A stretch of DNA of 63,676 nucleotides. It comes from Betaproteobacteria bacterium (GTDB taxonomy: Bacteria; Pseudomonadota; Gammaproteobacteria; Burkholderiales; SG8-41). The stretch's first letter is position 1. Every line of letters starts with the position of its first letter. The notes below the pieces were generated by a model, which was given only the letters and a program-made list of their open reading frames with translations, searched no databases and was not told the DNA's origin. The stretch is from NCBI GenBank assembly GCA_003820645.1, contig RPOR01000006.1, positions 1-63,676 of the forward strand, written 5' to 3'. Position numbers and translations under genes: made by a program. Positions 8,410 through 19,336 of the stretch are shown one piece after another.

Positions 8410-9471
8410 TCAGGCAAACGGCAATTCACGGTTATGCGCGCCCAGCCCGTTGATCGCATGCAGTGCGGCAACATAGTGCGCATCTTCACGCAGCTTGACC
8501 GCATCGGCGGCATGCGTACGACCATGGATGCGGGCGAGCCGGGCCAGTGCCACGGCGGGCATGGTGTATTGCAGGCCCTCGAGCAGTTCATCGGCCGACT
8601 GCGAATTGTTGCAGACCAGCACCATGTCGCAACCGGCACGCAATGCCGCCATGCCGCGCTCCACCACGCCGCCGGCAACGCTCGCTCCTTCCATGCTCAG
8701 GTCATCACTGAAAATCACGCCATCGAAACCGAGCTCGCCACGCAGGATGCGTTTCAACCAGATCTCGGAGAACCCTGCAGGCGCCGCGTCGACTGCGGGA
8801 TAGATCACATGCGCCGGCATGATGCCGCCCATGCCGGCAGCAATCAGCCGGCGGAACGGGATCAGATCTTCGCTTTCGATGTCGGCGAGCGGGCGCTCGT
8901 CCACCGGCACTTCATGGTGTGAATCGGCCCGCACATGGCCATGCCCCGGAAAATGTTTGCCTACCGCCGCCATGCCGCCCTCGCGCAGCCCATGCATGAT
9001 GCCGATTGCCAGTTCCGCAATCGCCTCCGGCCGCGAATGAAAGGCGCGGTCGCCGATGACACTGCTGTTGCCGTAATCAACGTCAAGCACCGGCGTGAAC
9101 GACAGATCAACGCCATGCACGCGCAGCTCGGCGGCCAGCACAAAACCCAGTGCCTGGGCGAGTGCCACCGCCTTGCGGTGATCGTGATCCCAGATCAGCC
9201 CCAGTTCGCGCATCGGCGGAATCCGGGTAAAGCCTTCGCGGAAGCGCTGCACCCTTCCTCCCTCATGATCAACCGCGATGATCAGCGGCGGGCTGCGCAG
9301 CGCATGAATCTCCGTGGTCAGCTGCGCAAGCTGAACACAGGATTCGAAATTGCGGGTGAACAGGATGACTCCACCGACCAGCGGGTGCTGCAGTCGCCGC
9401 CGGTCTTCATCGGTCAGCGCCGTTGCTGCGACATCGAGCATCACCGGCCCCAGGGGCATCACTTTGTTCAT
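8410..9471 (-). CDS. nagZ: Beta-N-acetylhexosaminidase (peptidoglycan recycling)
   Basis: GH3 NagZ signature: PVMLDV...[24 protein letters not shown]...[14 protein letters not shown]...KHFPGHG. Start could alternatively be the ATG at 9459. Confidence 0.93.
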   Translation of the reverse strand: MNKVMPLGPVMLDVAATALTDEDRRRLQHPLVGGVILFTRNFESCVQLAQLTTEIHALRSPPLIIAVDHEGGRVQRFREGFTRIPPMRELGLIWDHDHRKAVALAQALGFVLAAELRVHGVDLSFTPVLDVDYGNSSVIGDRAFHSRPEAIAELAIGIMHGLREGGMAAVGKHFPGHGHVRADSHHEVPVDERPLADIESEDLIPFRRLIAAGMGGIMPAHVIYPAVDAAPAGFSEIWLKRILRGELGFDGVIFSDDLSMEGASVAGGVVERGMAALRAGCDMVLVCNNSQSADELLEGLQYTMPAVALARLARIHGRTHAADAVKLREDAHYVAALHAINGLGAHNRELPFA

Positions 9472-9478
9472 TTGTTGC

Positions 9479-9859
9479 TCACGTCGTCTCGAGCACCACG
9501 CAGGCGCAGGCCAGGTTGGATTCGTCGCTGATGGTCAGATGATGGTTGGTTATGCCGTTACGCTGGACCAGGTCGTTGAGCGCATCGTTGAATGTAAGGC
9601 TGGGCTTGCCGGCGCTGTTCTGCACCACGCTGATGCATTGCAGGGTTACCGGATAACGGAATCCGGTGCCCATCGCCTTGGAGAACGCCTCCTTGGCCGC
9701 AAAGCGGTTGGCGAGGTAGAGCACCGGTTGCGCGCTGTGCGCAAACCGCGGCTGCTCGATTGGCGTGAGCACGCGCTGCACGAAGCGATCGCCGTATTTG
9801 TCGAGCAGGCGCGCCACACGGTGCGGTTGAATGACGTCGATGCCAATGCCGTAGATCAT
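9479..9859 (-). CDS. acpS: Holo-[acyl-carrier-protein] synthase
   Basis: 126 aa with [15 protein letters not shown]...[10 protein letters not shown]. 4-nt ATGA overlap with pdxJ. Confidence 0.95.
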   Translation of the reverse strand: MIYGIGIDVIQPHRVARLLDKYGDRFVQRVLTPIEQPRFAHSAQPVLYLANRFAAKEAFSKAMGTGFRYPVTLQCISVVQNSAGKPSLTFNDALNDLVQRNGITNHHLTISDESNLACACVVLETT

Positions 9860-10599
9860 GTTCGGGTATTGTCCATTACCTGCAAATAAGCGGTTACCGT
9901 CGCCGCAAGCCCGAATTCGAGCGCATCGGCAATCAGCGCATGACCAATCGAAACCTCGGCGACGCCGGGCACCTCGGCCAGAAACGGCGCCAGGTTATCC
10001 CGGTTCAGATCGTGCCCGGCGTTGACTTCGAGTCCGACGGCCTGCGCGCTGCGCGCGGCCTCCGCATAGCGCGTGACCACTGCGATCTGGTCAGCCGTGC
10101 CGAAAGCGCGGGCATAGGGTTCAGTGTAGAGCTCGACACGGTCCGCACCGATCGCCGCCGCGACGGTCATCGCCTCCGGCAGCGGATCCATGAACAGGCT
10201 GACGCGCACTCCCAGCCCGTGCAGGCCGGCAATGACCGGTCGCAACCGATCGCCGTTGCGCGCAAGGTCCCAGCCGTGGTCGGAAGTGAAAGCCGCGGGG
10301 TCATCGGGTACCAGTGTGCATTGCTGCGGACTCACGGCGCGGACCAGGTCCAGCAGCGGTGGTTCGAATGGATTGCCCTCGATGTTGAATTCGGCGTGCG
10401 GCCAGTTCTTCAACAGCGCGGCGAGTTCATGCACGTCGGTCGCGCGGATATGCCGGGCATCGGGACGCGGATGCACCGTGATGCCATGCGCCCCGGCGCG
10501 CAGCGCGAGTTCCGCGGCCCGGGTCACGCTGGGAATGCCGAGGCTGCGCGAATTGCGCAGCAGCGCGACTTTATTGACATTGACGCTGAGCTTGGTCAT
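9856..10599 (-). CDS. pdxJ: Pyridoxine 5'-phosphate synthase
   Basis: LSVNVNKVALLRNSR...GITVHPRPDARHI...EFNIEGNP...SIGHALIADAL is the canonical PdxJ pattern. Confidence 0.96.
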   Translation of the reverse strand: MTKLSVNVNKVALLRNSRSLGIPSVTRAAELALRAGAHGITVHPRPDARHIRATDVHELAALLKNWPHAEFNIEGNPFEPPLLDLVRAVSPQQCTLVPDDPAAFTSDHGWDLARNGDRLRPVIAGLHGLGVRVSLFMDPLPEAMTVAAAIGADRVELYTEPYARAFGTADQIAVVTRYAEAARSAQAVGLEVNAGHDLNRDNLAPFLAEVPGVAEVSIGHALIADALEFGLAATVTAYLQVMDNTRT

Positions 10600-10635
10600 G
10601 ACTGCAAGGGCATTGATTGGTTGCGACGGTAATTG

Positions 10636-11361
10636 CTACAACTGCTGCAGGTCACGGAGCAGTTGCCGCGTATGCAGCGTCTGCCGGCCCAGGCAATGGT
10701 TGATCAGGGCACGCATCAGCGCCTTGCTCTGCTGCACGGTCTGCGGATCCGCGTAATGGTCGACTGCCATGTCGATCAGCGTCTGCCCTGCCAATTCTAC
10801 GCCGCTTTGCGCTGCGGCCAGGCCGGCCGGCACCGGCCCCCGTTCGGGAACATAACAGTACCGTGTGGCCGGCTCGATCGGGGTGCCGCCGACGACCTCG
10901 CGATCGAGCACCAGACCGTAACCCAGTTCCCGCAGCAGCACGCGCTCGAACCGGCGCAGCACGGCGGCATGATCCTGCGCGTGCGGCAATTGTGCCAGCG
11001 CATCGGCGTAGGCTTCAAACAGCCGCTCATGGGGGTCTTCCCGCGGCAGCAGCTTCAGCAGCAGTTCATTCAGGTAAAAACCGCAAATCAGGCTGAGGCC
11101 CCGCAGCGGCAGATAGCCGCCCTGCCATTCCGCCTTGTGCAGCGTCTTGAGTTCCGCCTTCCCCGACCAACCGAGCAGCAGCGGCTGGAAAGCCATCAAC
11201 ACCCCGCGCAGTGCCGAACGCGGGCGCCGCGCGCCACGGGCAATCAGCGCCACGCGGCCGGCATCGCGCGTGTAGATTTCGGCGACGAGACTGGTTTCCC
11301 GGTACGGGTAGGTGTGCAGCAGATAAGCGGGCTGCCCATCGCGGCGGGCTCGTTCAGCCAT
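10636..11361 (-). CDS. recO: DNA repair protein RecO
   Basis: QPAYLLHTYPYRETSLVAEIYTRDAGRVALIARGARR. Sits in the conserved era-recO-pdxJ order. I prefer the ATG at 11361 over the TTG at 11379. Confidence 0.9.
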   Translation of the reverse strand: MAERARRDGQPAYLLHTYPYRETSLVAEIYTRDAGRVALIARGARRPRSALRGVLMAFQPLLLGWSGKAELKTLHKAEWQGGYLPLRGLSLICGFYLNELLLKLLPREDPHERLFEAYADALAQLPHAQDHAAVLRRFERVLLRELGYGLVLDREVVGGTPIEPATRYCYVPERGPVPAGLAAAQSGVELAGQTLIDMAVDHYADPQTVQQSKALMRALINHCLGRQTLHTRQLLRDLQQL

Positions 11362-11435
11362 GGCCGAACGGGGTCGCAATCGATCGATAAATCACTTTAA
11401 TTAAAATATTTAACATATTGTTTTTATTAAATATA

Positions 11436-12326
11436 TTACTCAATTCCGGTGCGCCGCAGCACAGCGCTGTCGTCAGCCCAGCCCGATTTCACCTTGACCC
11501 AAACCTCGAGGAACACCTTGCCGCCAAACAGCCGTTCCATGTCCATGCGTGCCTGGGAAGCGATCTGCTTGAGTTTCTCGCCGCCCTTGCCGATGACAAT
11601 CCCCTTCTGTCCGGCCTTGTCGACGAGAATGCCGGCATGGATGCGGCGCAGGCCGTCAACGGTCTCGAAACGCTCAATTTCGACAGCGGTGGAATAAGGC
11701 AATTCCTCACCCAGCAGCCGGAACAGTTTTTCCCGCAGCAGTTCTGCCGCGAGCGTGCGTTCGCTCGCGGTGGTAATTTCGTCTTCTCCGTAGAGTCGCT
11801 CCCGCTCCGGCAGCAAACCGGCGAGAGCCTCCAGCAAATTCTCGGCGCCGCTGCCGCTTTTGGCGGAAACCGGTACGATCGCCGCAGGATGCGCCAGTGT
11901 CTCGAGTTCCTGCATGAAGGGCAGCAATTCATTCTTGTTGCCCACCTCGTCGATCTTGTTGACGGCGATCACCACCGGCGCACTGCCCTGCAACAGACCG
12001 AGCACGGCCTTGTCCTCCGCCGTGAAATGCCGTGCCTCGACCACCCAGACGATGGCATCGACATCGCCGATGCTGCGCGAGACGCTGCGGTTCATCAGAC
12101 GGTTCATCGCGCCGCCATGCCGGCTCTGGAAGCCGGGCGTATCGACGAAAACGTACTGGGCATCCGTGCGGGTAACGATGCCGATGATGCGCTGGCGGGT
12201 GGTCTGGGGACGCCGCGAGGTAATGCTGATCTTCTGCCCGACCAGGCGGTTGAGCAGCGTCGACTTGCCGACATTCGGGCGGCCGATGATCGCGATATAT
12301 CCGGCGCGGTGTTTGCTGGTGGTCAT
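11436..12326 (-). CDS. era: GTPase Era
   Basis: G1 motif IAIIGRPNVGKSTLLN, G3 motif DTPG, NKID, and a C-terminal KH domain (GKGGEKLKQI). ATG at 12326 overlaps the rnc stop (ATGA). The 177-aa upstream extension of the ORF is antisense-type noise. Confidence 0.96.
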   Translation of the reverse strand: MTTSKHRAGYIAIIGRPNVGKSTLLNRLVGQKISITSRRPQTTRQRIIGIVTRTDAQYVFVDTPGFQSRHGGAMNRLMNRSVSRSIGDVDAIVWVVEARHFTAEDKAVLGLLQGSAPVVIAVNKIDEVGNKNELLPFMQELETLAHPAAIVPVSAKSGSGAENLLEALAGLLPERERLYGEDEITTASERTLAAELLREKLFRLLGEELPYSTAVEIERFETVDGLRRIHAGILVDKAGQKGIVIGKGGEKLKQIASQARMDMERLFGGKVFLEVWVKVKSGWADDSAVLRRTGIE

Positions 12327-12994
12327 CCAGGAATAACCAGCGCGCAGGCCTTGCCCGCAGCGTCCTGTTCGGCAGCGCGACGGTTTGAGCCCAGCCCCTC
12401 GGTGCGGACACCCAGTTCCTCGATGGCACATTGCACCTGGAAGGTCTGGGCATGGGCATGTCCGTGCGTGCCCAGCAGCGTATAAACGGGTAACGGCAGG
12501 CCGCGCCCCTGGGTAAATTCCTGCAGCAGGGTTTTGGCATCCTTGCCGCTCGCCTTGGGGTTCACTGCCGCGAGACTCTCGGCAAACAGTCGGCGCACCG
12601 TGGCCTGCGCGGCCGCAAATCCCCCGTCCAGCATGACCGCGCCAACAATCGCTTCGACGGTATCGGCCAGAATGGACGGGCGCTGAGCGCCGCCGCTTTT
12701 GAGTTCGCCCTCGCCCAGCAGCAGGTGCTCGCCGAGATGCATACCCTGTGCAATGCGCAGCAGCGCCTGCTGATTCACCAGATTGGCGCGCAGGCGGGAT
12801 AGGTCCCCCTCGCTCAGTCCGGGGAAGCGCTCGAAAAGTTCCAGTGCAACGATGCAATTGACGATGCTGTCGCCCAGATATTCCAGGCGCTCATTGTGAT
12901 CCGCCGCGTATGAGCGATGGGTCAACGCCCGTCGCAGCAGTTCGGTGTCAGCGAAAACATGGCCGATCCTGCTGCTGACAAAGGCCGGGTCCAC
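12323..12994 (-). CDS. rnc: Ribonuclease III
   Basis: Signature ALTHRSY...NERLEYLGDSIV plus a C-terminal dsRBD. GTG start. Confidence 0.95.
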   Translation of the reverse strand: MDPAFVSSRIGHVFADTELLRRALTHRSYAADHNERLEYLGDSIVNCIVALELFERFPGLSEGDLSRLRANLVNQQALLRIAQGMHLGEHLLLGEGELKSGGAQRPSILADTVEAIVGAVMLDGGFAAAQATVRRLFAESLAAVNPKASGKDAKTLLQEFTQGRGLPLPVYTLLGTHGHAHAQTFQVQCAIEELGVRTEGLGSNRRAAEQDAAGKACALVIPG

Positions 12995-13018
12995 GGTAAT
13001 CGGGATGGTTGCCCCGGT

Positions 13019-13375
13019 CTATTTCTCGGAGCTGGGCTGGAACTCCATGCACGCGCTCAGATTGGCGAACAACGGCACGCGCACGGAATACGCGGCGCTG
13101 ATCACCACCCCATTGCCATCCTTGACGAACTCGACGTCGTTGTAGGAAATGACCTTGACATTGTCGACACCAGCCCGGGCGTTGAACGCAGAGTTGAATT
13201 CCCCGCGCGTGGCCGTTTTCAGCGCCGGCTCGGCCGCCATCGCGCGGAACATCTTCTGGATCGTGTAATACTCCATATATGCGGGGCCGATCTTGAACCC
13301 CAGCAGCAATGCGCCGATCAAAATAACAGCAAACACCAGAAAACCGGTGATCGTAATTCCGCGCTGCGAATTCAT
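13019..13375 (-). CDS. DUF4845 domain-containing small membrane protein
   Basis: 118 aa with an N-terminal TM helix (GFLVFAVILIGALLLGFKIGPAYMEYY). Occupies the lepB-rnc position typical of Betaproteobacteria. Confidence 0.8.
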   Translation of the reverse strand: MNSQRGITITGFLVFAVILIGALLLGFKIGPAYMEYYTIQKMFRAMAAEPALKTATRGEFNSAFNARAGVDNVKVISYNDVEFVKDGNGVVISAAYSVRVPLFANLSACMEFQPSSEK

Positions 13376-13394
13376 GTTGCCCTCCCCTTCTCTA

Positions 13395-14198
13395 TCAGTT
13401 GATCGATCGGCCTATGCGCTTCAGGTCGTCGAAGTTCCACCAGATCATAAACGCCTTGCCCACAATGTTGCGTTCCGGCACAAAACCCCAGTAGCGGCTG
13501 TCGCTGCTGCTGTCCCGATTATCACCCATCAGGAAGTAATGCTGCGCAGGCACTTTGCACCGGAAACCCGAATCATTGTAGGCACAATTATCGCGGAAGG
13601 GAAAGCGCTGCACCCCGCCCAGCTGCACCGGCGGCACCTGCGGCTGCACCAGCACCGAATGCGCATGCGTATCAAGCTGTTCCTCAAACCGCTGCGTTGC
13701 CACGAAATTCAGGCCACCTTCCAGATAATTGAACTCGCCATCGGGTTTCAGCGGCACTTCCTTGCCATTGATGCTCAGTCGCTTGTCGGCATACACAATA
13801 TCGTCGCCCGGCACCCCCACCACCCGCTTGATGTAATCCAGTGCCGGATTCTCCGGGTAACGGAATACCATCACCTCGCCACGCTGCGGCTCGTTGACCG
13901 GGATCAGCCGCGTATTGATGACGGGGAGGCGGATGCCGTAGGTGAACTTGTTGACGAGGATGAAATCGCCCACCAGCAGCGTCGGCAGCATCGAGCCCGA
14001 GGGAATCTTGAACGGTTCGACCAGGAACGAGCGCAGTACGAACACCACCAGAATCACCGGAAAAAAGCTGACCGGATATTCGATCCACCACGGCTGGGCC
14101 GCGCCCGCCGTGCGATGCTTGCTGAAATACAGCGACTCGGCCAGCCATACGGCGCCGGTAAACACCAGCAACAACAGCATGATCAGCGCGAAATTCAA
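13395..14198 (-). CDS. lepB: Signal peptidase I
   Basis: Catalytic Ser box PSGSMLPTL, plus GDFILVNKF, YIKRVVGVPGD and GDNRDSSSDSRYWGFV. TTG start is preceded by GGAG at 5-nt spacing. Confidence 0.96.
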   Translation of the reverse strand: MNFALIMLLLLVFTGAVWLAESLYFSKHRTAGAAQPWWIEYPVSFFPVILVVFVLRSFLVEPFKIPSGSMLPTLLVGDFILVNKFTYGIRLPVINTRLIPVNEPQRGEVMVFRYPENPALDYIKRVVGVPGDDIVYADKRLSINGKEVPLKPDGEFNYLEGGLNFVATQRFEEQLDTHAHSVLVQPQVPPVQLGGVQRFPFRDNCAYNDSGFRCKVPAQHYFLMGDNRDSSSDSRYWGFVPERNIVGKAFMIWWNFDDLKRIGRSIN

Positions 14199-14212
14199 GG
14201 CGACTCCGGTGG

Positions 14213-16003
<1,791 letters not shown>

Positions 16004-16045
16004 CAGGATAGGCTGTCCGGCAAAACAACGAAAACTACGGATCAA

Positions 16046-16088
16046 CGAAAACAACAAAAGGGGCACTCAAGGTCTCCCGGAGTGCCCC
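16046..16088 (-). terminator. Rho-independent terminator/attenuator ending the rpoE-operon transcript, 42 nt upstream of lepA
   Basis: 9-bp perfect stem GGGGCACTC (16060-16068) / GAGTGCCCC (16080-16088). On the minus strand it is followed by TTTTGTTGTTTT (complement of 16048-16059). Confidence 0.65.
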
Positions 16089-16112
16089 GTTCCGTTCATA
16101 AGGTGGTGTATT

Positions 16113-16370
16113 TTAGCGGAAATTCAGCAAGTAATCAGTAACGGTCGCCGCATCCAGGCGGTAATGGCACAGTTCCCGGTCGCCATGCATCAGAACCGGA
16201 ACAATTTCGCCGAAGCGCAGTTCCAGCGCGGGCCGGGTATCGATATCAACGACTTCAAGCTCAAACGGCCGGCGGGCCTGCAATTCCTGCAAACCCGCCA
16301 GCATTTCCTCGCAAAGGTGACACCAGGCCCTGCTGTACAGCGTCAGGACCAGGCGCCCTGCTTCAGCCAT
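16113..16370 (-). CDS. Glutaredoxin-like (thioredoxin-fold, DUF836-type) protein
   Basis: 85 aa with LVLTLYSRAWCHLCEEM (CxxC) and VDIDTRPALELRFGEIVPVL. ATG at 16370 overlaps the mucD stop by 8 nt. Confidence 0.75.
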   Translation of the reverse strand: MAEAGRLVLTLYSRAWCHLCEEMLAGLQELQARRPFELEVVDIDTRPALELRFGEIVPVLMHGDRELCHYRLDAATVTDYLLNFR

Positions 16371-17772
16371 TCTCACCGATACGGAACGGGATGTACAACG
16401 AATTGGTGCCGCGCCGGACCAGCAGGGCGACGATCCGCCCCTTGTCAAAGCCACCCATCAACTGACGGAACTGCGCGACGGAGGCGACGTCCTGATTGTT
16501 CACCCCCAGGATGACATCGCCGCGCTGAATGCCGGCCCGGGCCGCAGCACCCTGGACGCTGTCCACGAACACGCCGCCTTCGATTTTCAGTTCCTTGCGC
16601 TGCGCATCCGTCAGGTCGACAAGCCCCATGCCGAATTGCTGCGCCGCCGGAGGTTGCTGTTTGCCGCCACGCGCCTGCCGCGTCGCGCGTTCATCGGACA
16701 GTTCCGCCACGACCACCTGCAGATCACGTGCGGCCTTGTTGCGCCAGACCTGGACCGTGATCTTGCTTCCTGGTTTGGTACCGCCAACCACGCGCGGCAG
16801 ATCTTCCGACGCATTGACGACCTTGCCGTCGAAGCGCAGGATCACATCGCCGGCCTCGATCCCGGCCTTGTCCGCCGGTCCGCCCTTCTCGACGGAATTG
16901 ACCAGCGCGCCCTGCGCGCGGCTCATGCCGAAGCCGTCGGCGAGTTCCTTGGTCACGGGCTGTATCACCACGCCGATGCGACCGCGTGTCACCTTGCCCG
17001 TCGTACGCAGCTGTTGGGCAATATCGTTGGCGACATCGATGGGAATCGCAAACGACAGGCCCATGAAGCCGCCGGTGCGGCTGTAAATCTGCGAATTGAT
17101 GCCGACCACCTCGCCCTTGAGGTTGAACAGCGGGCCGCCCGAATTGCCGGGGTTGACGGCCACGTCGGTCTGGATGAAGGGCACAAAATTCTCCTGCGGC
17201 AGCGACCGGCCCTTGGCGCTGACGATGCCGGCAGTCACCGTGTTGTCAAATCCGAACGGCGATCCGATTGCCACCACCCATTCCCCGACCTTGAGCTTGC
17301 TGGCATCGCCGAAACGCAGCGTCGGCAGACCACCGGCATCGATCTTGATCAGCGCCACGTCGGTGCGGCGATCAGCGCCGATCACCTTAGCCTTGAATTC
17401 GCGCTTGTCGGTCAGCCGCACGGTCACCTCTTCCGCGGAATCGATCACATGGGCATTGGTCAGAATGTAGCCGTCGGCGGAAATGATGAAACCCGATCCC
17501 AGCGATTGGGCCTGGAATCCCCGCGGGGCAGGATTCGGGCCGGGACCCTGATTCGGGTTCGGGATGAAGCGGCGGAAAAACTCGTAGAACGGATCGTTCT
17601 CGTCCAGTTGTGGCAGTTGCTGCGACAGGGCGTTGCGGTTTGTGGTCTGAGTAGTGCTGATGTTGACCACCGCAGCACCGTGCTTCTCCACCAGCTCAGT
17701 GAAGTCGGGAAGTTGGGCGGCAACCTGCAATGGCACGAGCAGGGACAACGCCAGAATGAAGCTTCTGAACAT
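16363..17772 (-). CDS. mucD: Periplasmic serine endoprotease, DegP/DegQ/MucD family
   Basis: Signal peptide, His/Asp/Ser triad context (TNAHVI; DVALIK; GNSGGPL) and two PDZ domains. ATG at 17772 is preceded by AGGAAAGG. Confidence 0.93.
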   Translation of the reverse strand: MFRSFILALSLLVPLQVAAQLPDFTELVEKHGAAVVNISTTQTTNRNALSQQLPQLDENDPFYEFFRRFIPNPNQGPGPNPAPRGFQAQSLGSGFIISADGYILTNAHVIDSAEEVTVRLTDKREFKAKVIGADRRTDVALIKIDAGGLPTLRFGDASKLKVGEWVVAIGSPFGFDNTVTAGIVSAKGRSLPQENFVPFIQTDVAVNPGNSGGPLFNLKGEVVGINSQIYSRTGGFMGLSFAIPIDVANDIAQQLRTTGKVTRGRIGVVIQPVTKELADGFGMSRAQGALVNSVEKGGPADKAGIEAGDVILRFDGKVVNASEDLPRVVGGTKPGSKITVQVWRNKAARDLQVVVAELSDERATRQARGGKQQPPAAQQFGMGLVDLTDAQRKELKIEGGVFVDSVQGAAARAGIQRGDVILGVNNQDVASVAQFRQLMGGFDKGRIVALLVRRGTNSLYIPFRIGENG

Positions 17773-17832
17773 GTTCAGCCTTTCCTGGAAATACATGGGT
17801 GTCGAATAAAATGAGAGCCGCCAAAACCGCGT

Positions 17833-18813
17833 TCAGCGCTGTGCTGCCGCATTCACTTTGGGCTCCAGCGCGCGCGCGAAGCGCATGACGGTCTCCGCCG
17901 GGGTCTCGCCCAGTATCGTGACCTTGTGGCCGGCGATGGTGTTGCTGTAGATGTTCACAGCGCCCTGGTGGCGGAGCAGCGGTTTTTTGTCCAGTTTTGT
18001 ACCCGGTTCGACGAATATGGAGACAGCCGCCAGACCGTCCGAATACACCAGATGCGCAACAGAGCCCTTTTTGCCGGCCATCGAGCGCCGCAATTCCATC
18101 ATCTTGCTGAATCCGGCAGGCGGGTTCTGCACCACCCACCCTGAATCGCCGCTGTCGTTTGTCGTCAGTGCAGCGCGGTCCACCCGCCAGTTCTGCTTGG
18201 CGCTGACCCCCGCATACTTGGACTGCACCAGCTCGCGCCTGAACGATCCGCCGATCTCCAGGGTGGAAAACGCAAACGCTTCTACGGTCTGATTCTTCTC
18301 GTTGATCGTTTTCGATTGCAGCGGCAGCCCGGTTTCGATTTCGGCGCAGAAGCGCCGCGCGTAGCGCAGTGCATCGTTGGGCATCAGCGCGACCCACTGG
18401 CATTGCAGGCCGGCCACGCGATCGAGCGCGCCTTTGACCACCTGGTAGTGTTTGACGAGTTCCTGGATCTGCTCGACGCGCACCGGAAACTGCCGCGATC
18501 CCCGCGGATCAATCAGCACTGTTTTGTCGGCGGGCAGATAGCAGGTGACCTGGTCGTTGCTGCGGATCACTTCCCGCGCCGGACCATCGAGGGTCTCCAG
18601 CCGCTCGAGCACCCCCCCCGCCGGGTTGACGAAATGCGCAATGCGCGAGGTTTCGACCTGCCCGCCGTGCTGAAACATGAAGGTGCCGGCATAATTTACT
18701 TTCTGACTGGCCTCGGCCATTTTCTGCAGCATGGCCAGCGCGTCCCGCGACGTTTCATCCGCCGCCACGCCGCCCGGAAGCAATCCGAGAACAACGATCC
18801 ACCAGAATTTCAT
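17833..18813 (-). CDS. rseB: Sigma-E factor regulatory protein RseB/MucB
   Basis: 326 aa with a signal peptide. Has MucB_RseB-type sequence (LQKMAEASQKVNYAGTFMFQHGGQVETSRIAH). Position after rseA supports the call. Confidence 0.9.
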   Translation of the reverse strand: MKFWWIVVLGLLPGGVAADETSRDALAMLQKMAEASQKVNYAGTFMFQHGGQVETSRIAHFVNPAGGVLERLETLDGPAREVIRSNDQVTCYLPADKTVLIDPRGSRQFPVRVEQIQELVKHYQVVKGALDRVAGLQCQWVALMPNDALRYARRFCAEIETGLPLQSKTINEKNQTVEAFAFSTLEIGGSFRRELVQSKYAGVSAKQNWRVDRAALTTNDSGDSGWVVQNPPAGFSKMMELRRSMAGKKGSVAHLVYSDGLAAVSIFVEPGTKLDKKPLLRHQGAVNIYSNTIAGHKVTILGETPAETVMRFARALEPKVNAAAQR

Positions 18814-18819
18814 GTTGCG

Positions 18820-19335
18820 TTACCGGCCGCCAACAGGTGCTGTGGAAATGGTGCGGATGTAGGGGGCGACACCATGCAGGCTGGTGCTCGGCGAAACGCC
18901 CTGATGCGCCAGCAGGTACTCATTCATCTGGCCGTCGCTCGGCGCACTCACCAACGCGGGCTCCGGCTGCACAACTGCCGGCGCAACGGCACGGGCCATT
19001 TCCACGGGCGGATTGGCGACATTGCTGGTTGAAAATGCCATCCACCCGACCACGGCCATGGCCGAGACCGACGCCGCTGCTGACAGCGCATAGGTCAGCG
19101 GCCGGTTGACACGTGACCGCTGCGGCGCCAAGACGGTCGGCTCCTGCGCAATGGCGGCCGCTACCCGCTGGGATACATCATAGGCATGTACGACTTCACC
19201 CCGCATTGCATCGCCAATCAAATGGTAGGCAGCCCATGTCTCGCGGGCTTCCTCGGTATCCTTGAGTCGCAGCATCGTTTGATGTGCTTCGTGACCGTCG
19301 AGTTCACCGTCCATCAACGCAGAAATTTTTTCCAT
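18820..19335 (-). CDS. rseA: Anti-sigma-E factor RseA/MucA
   Basis: N-terminus MEKISALMDGELDGHE...WAAYHLIGDAMRG, followed by a central TM segment. Confidence 0.9.
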   Translation of the reverse strand: MEKISALMDGELDGHEAHQTMLRLKDTEEARETWAAYHLIGDAMRGEVVHAYDVSQRVAAAIAQEPTVLAPQRSRVNRPLTYALSAAASVSAMAVVGWMAFSTSNVANPPVEMARAVAPAVVQPEPALVSAPSDGQMNEYLLAHQGVSPSTSLHGVAPYIRTISTAPVGGR

Positions 19336-19336
19336 A

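Noticed and set aside
12327-12857. Long N-terminal extensions offered by the ORF track. Affected genes: era (to 12857), uvrC (to 7903), rseP (to 47025), tsf (to 52206), rnhB (to 39448), the aminotransferase (from 21433), senB (from 37285), lepA (to 16066), usp (to 4217), DUF1178 (to 4917).
   Set aside because: The extensions overlap the upstream gene or a tRNA, have Arg/Pro/Gly-rich nonsense composition, and are followed by an internal start. That internal start matches the canonical family N-terminus and usually has an SD or a stop/start overlap.
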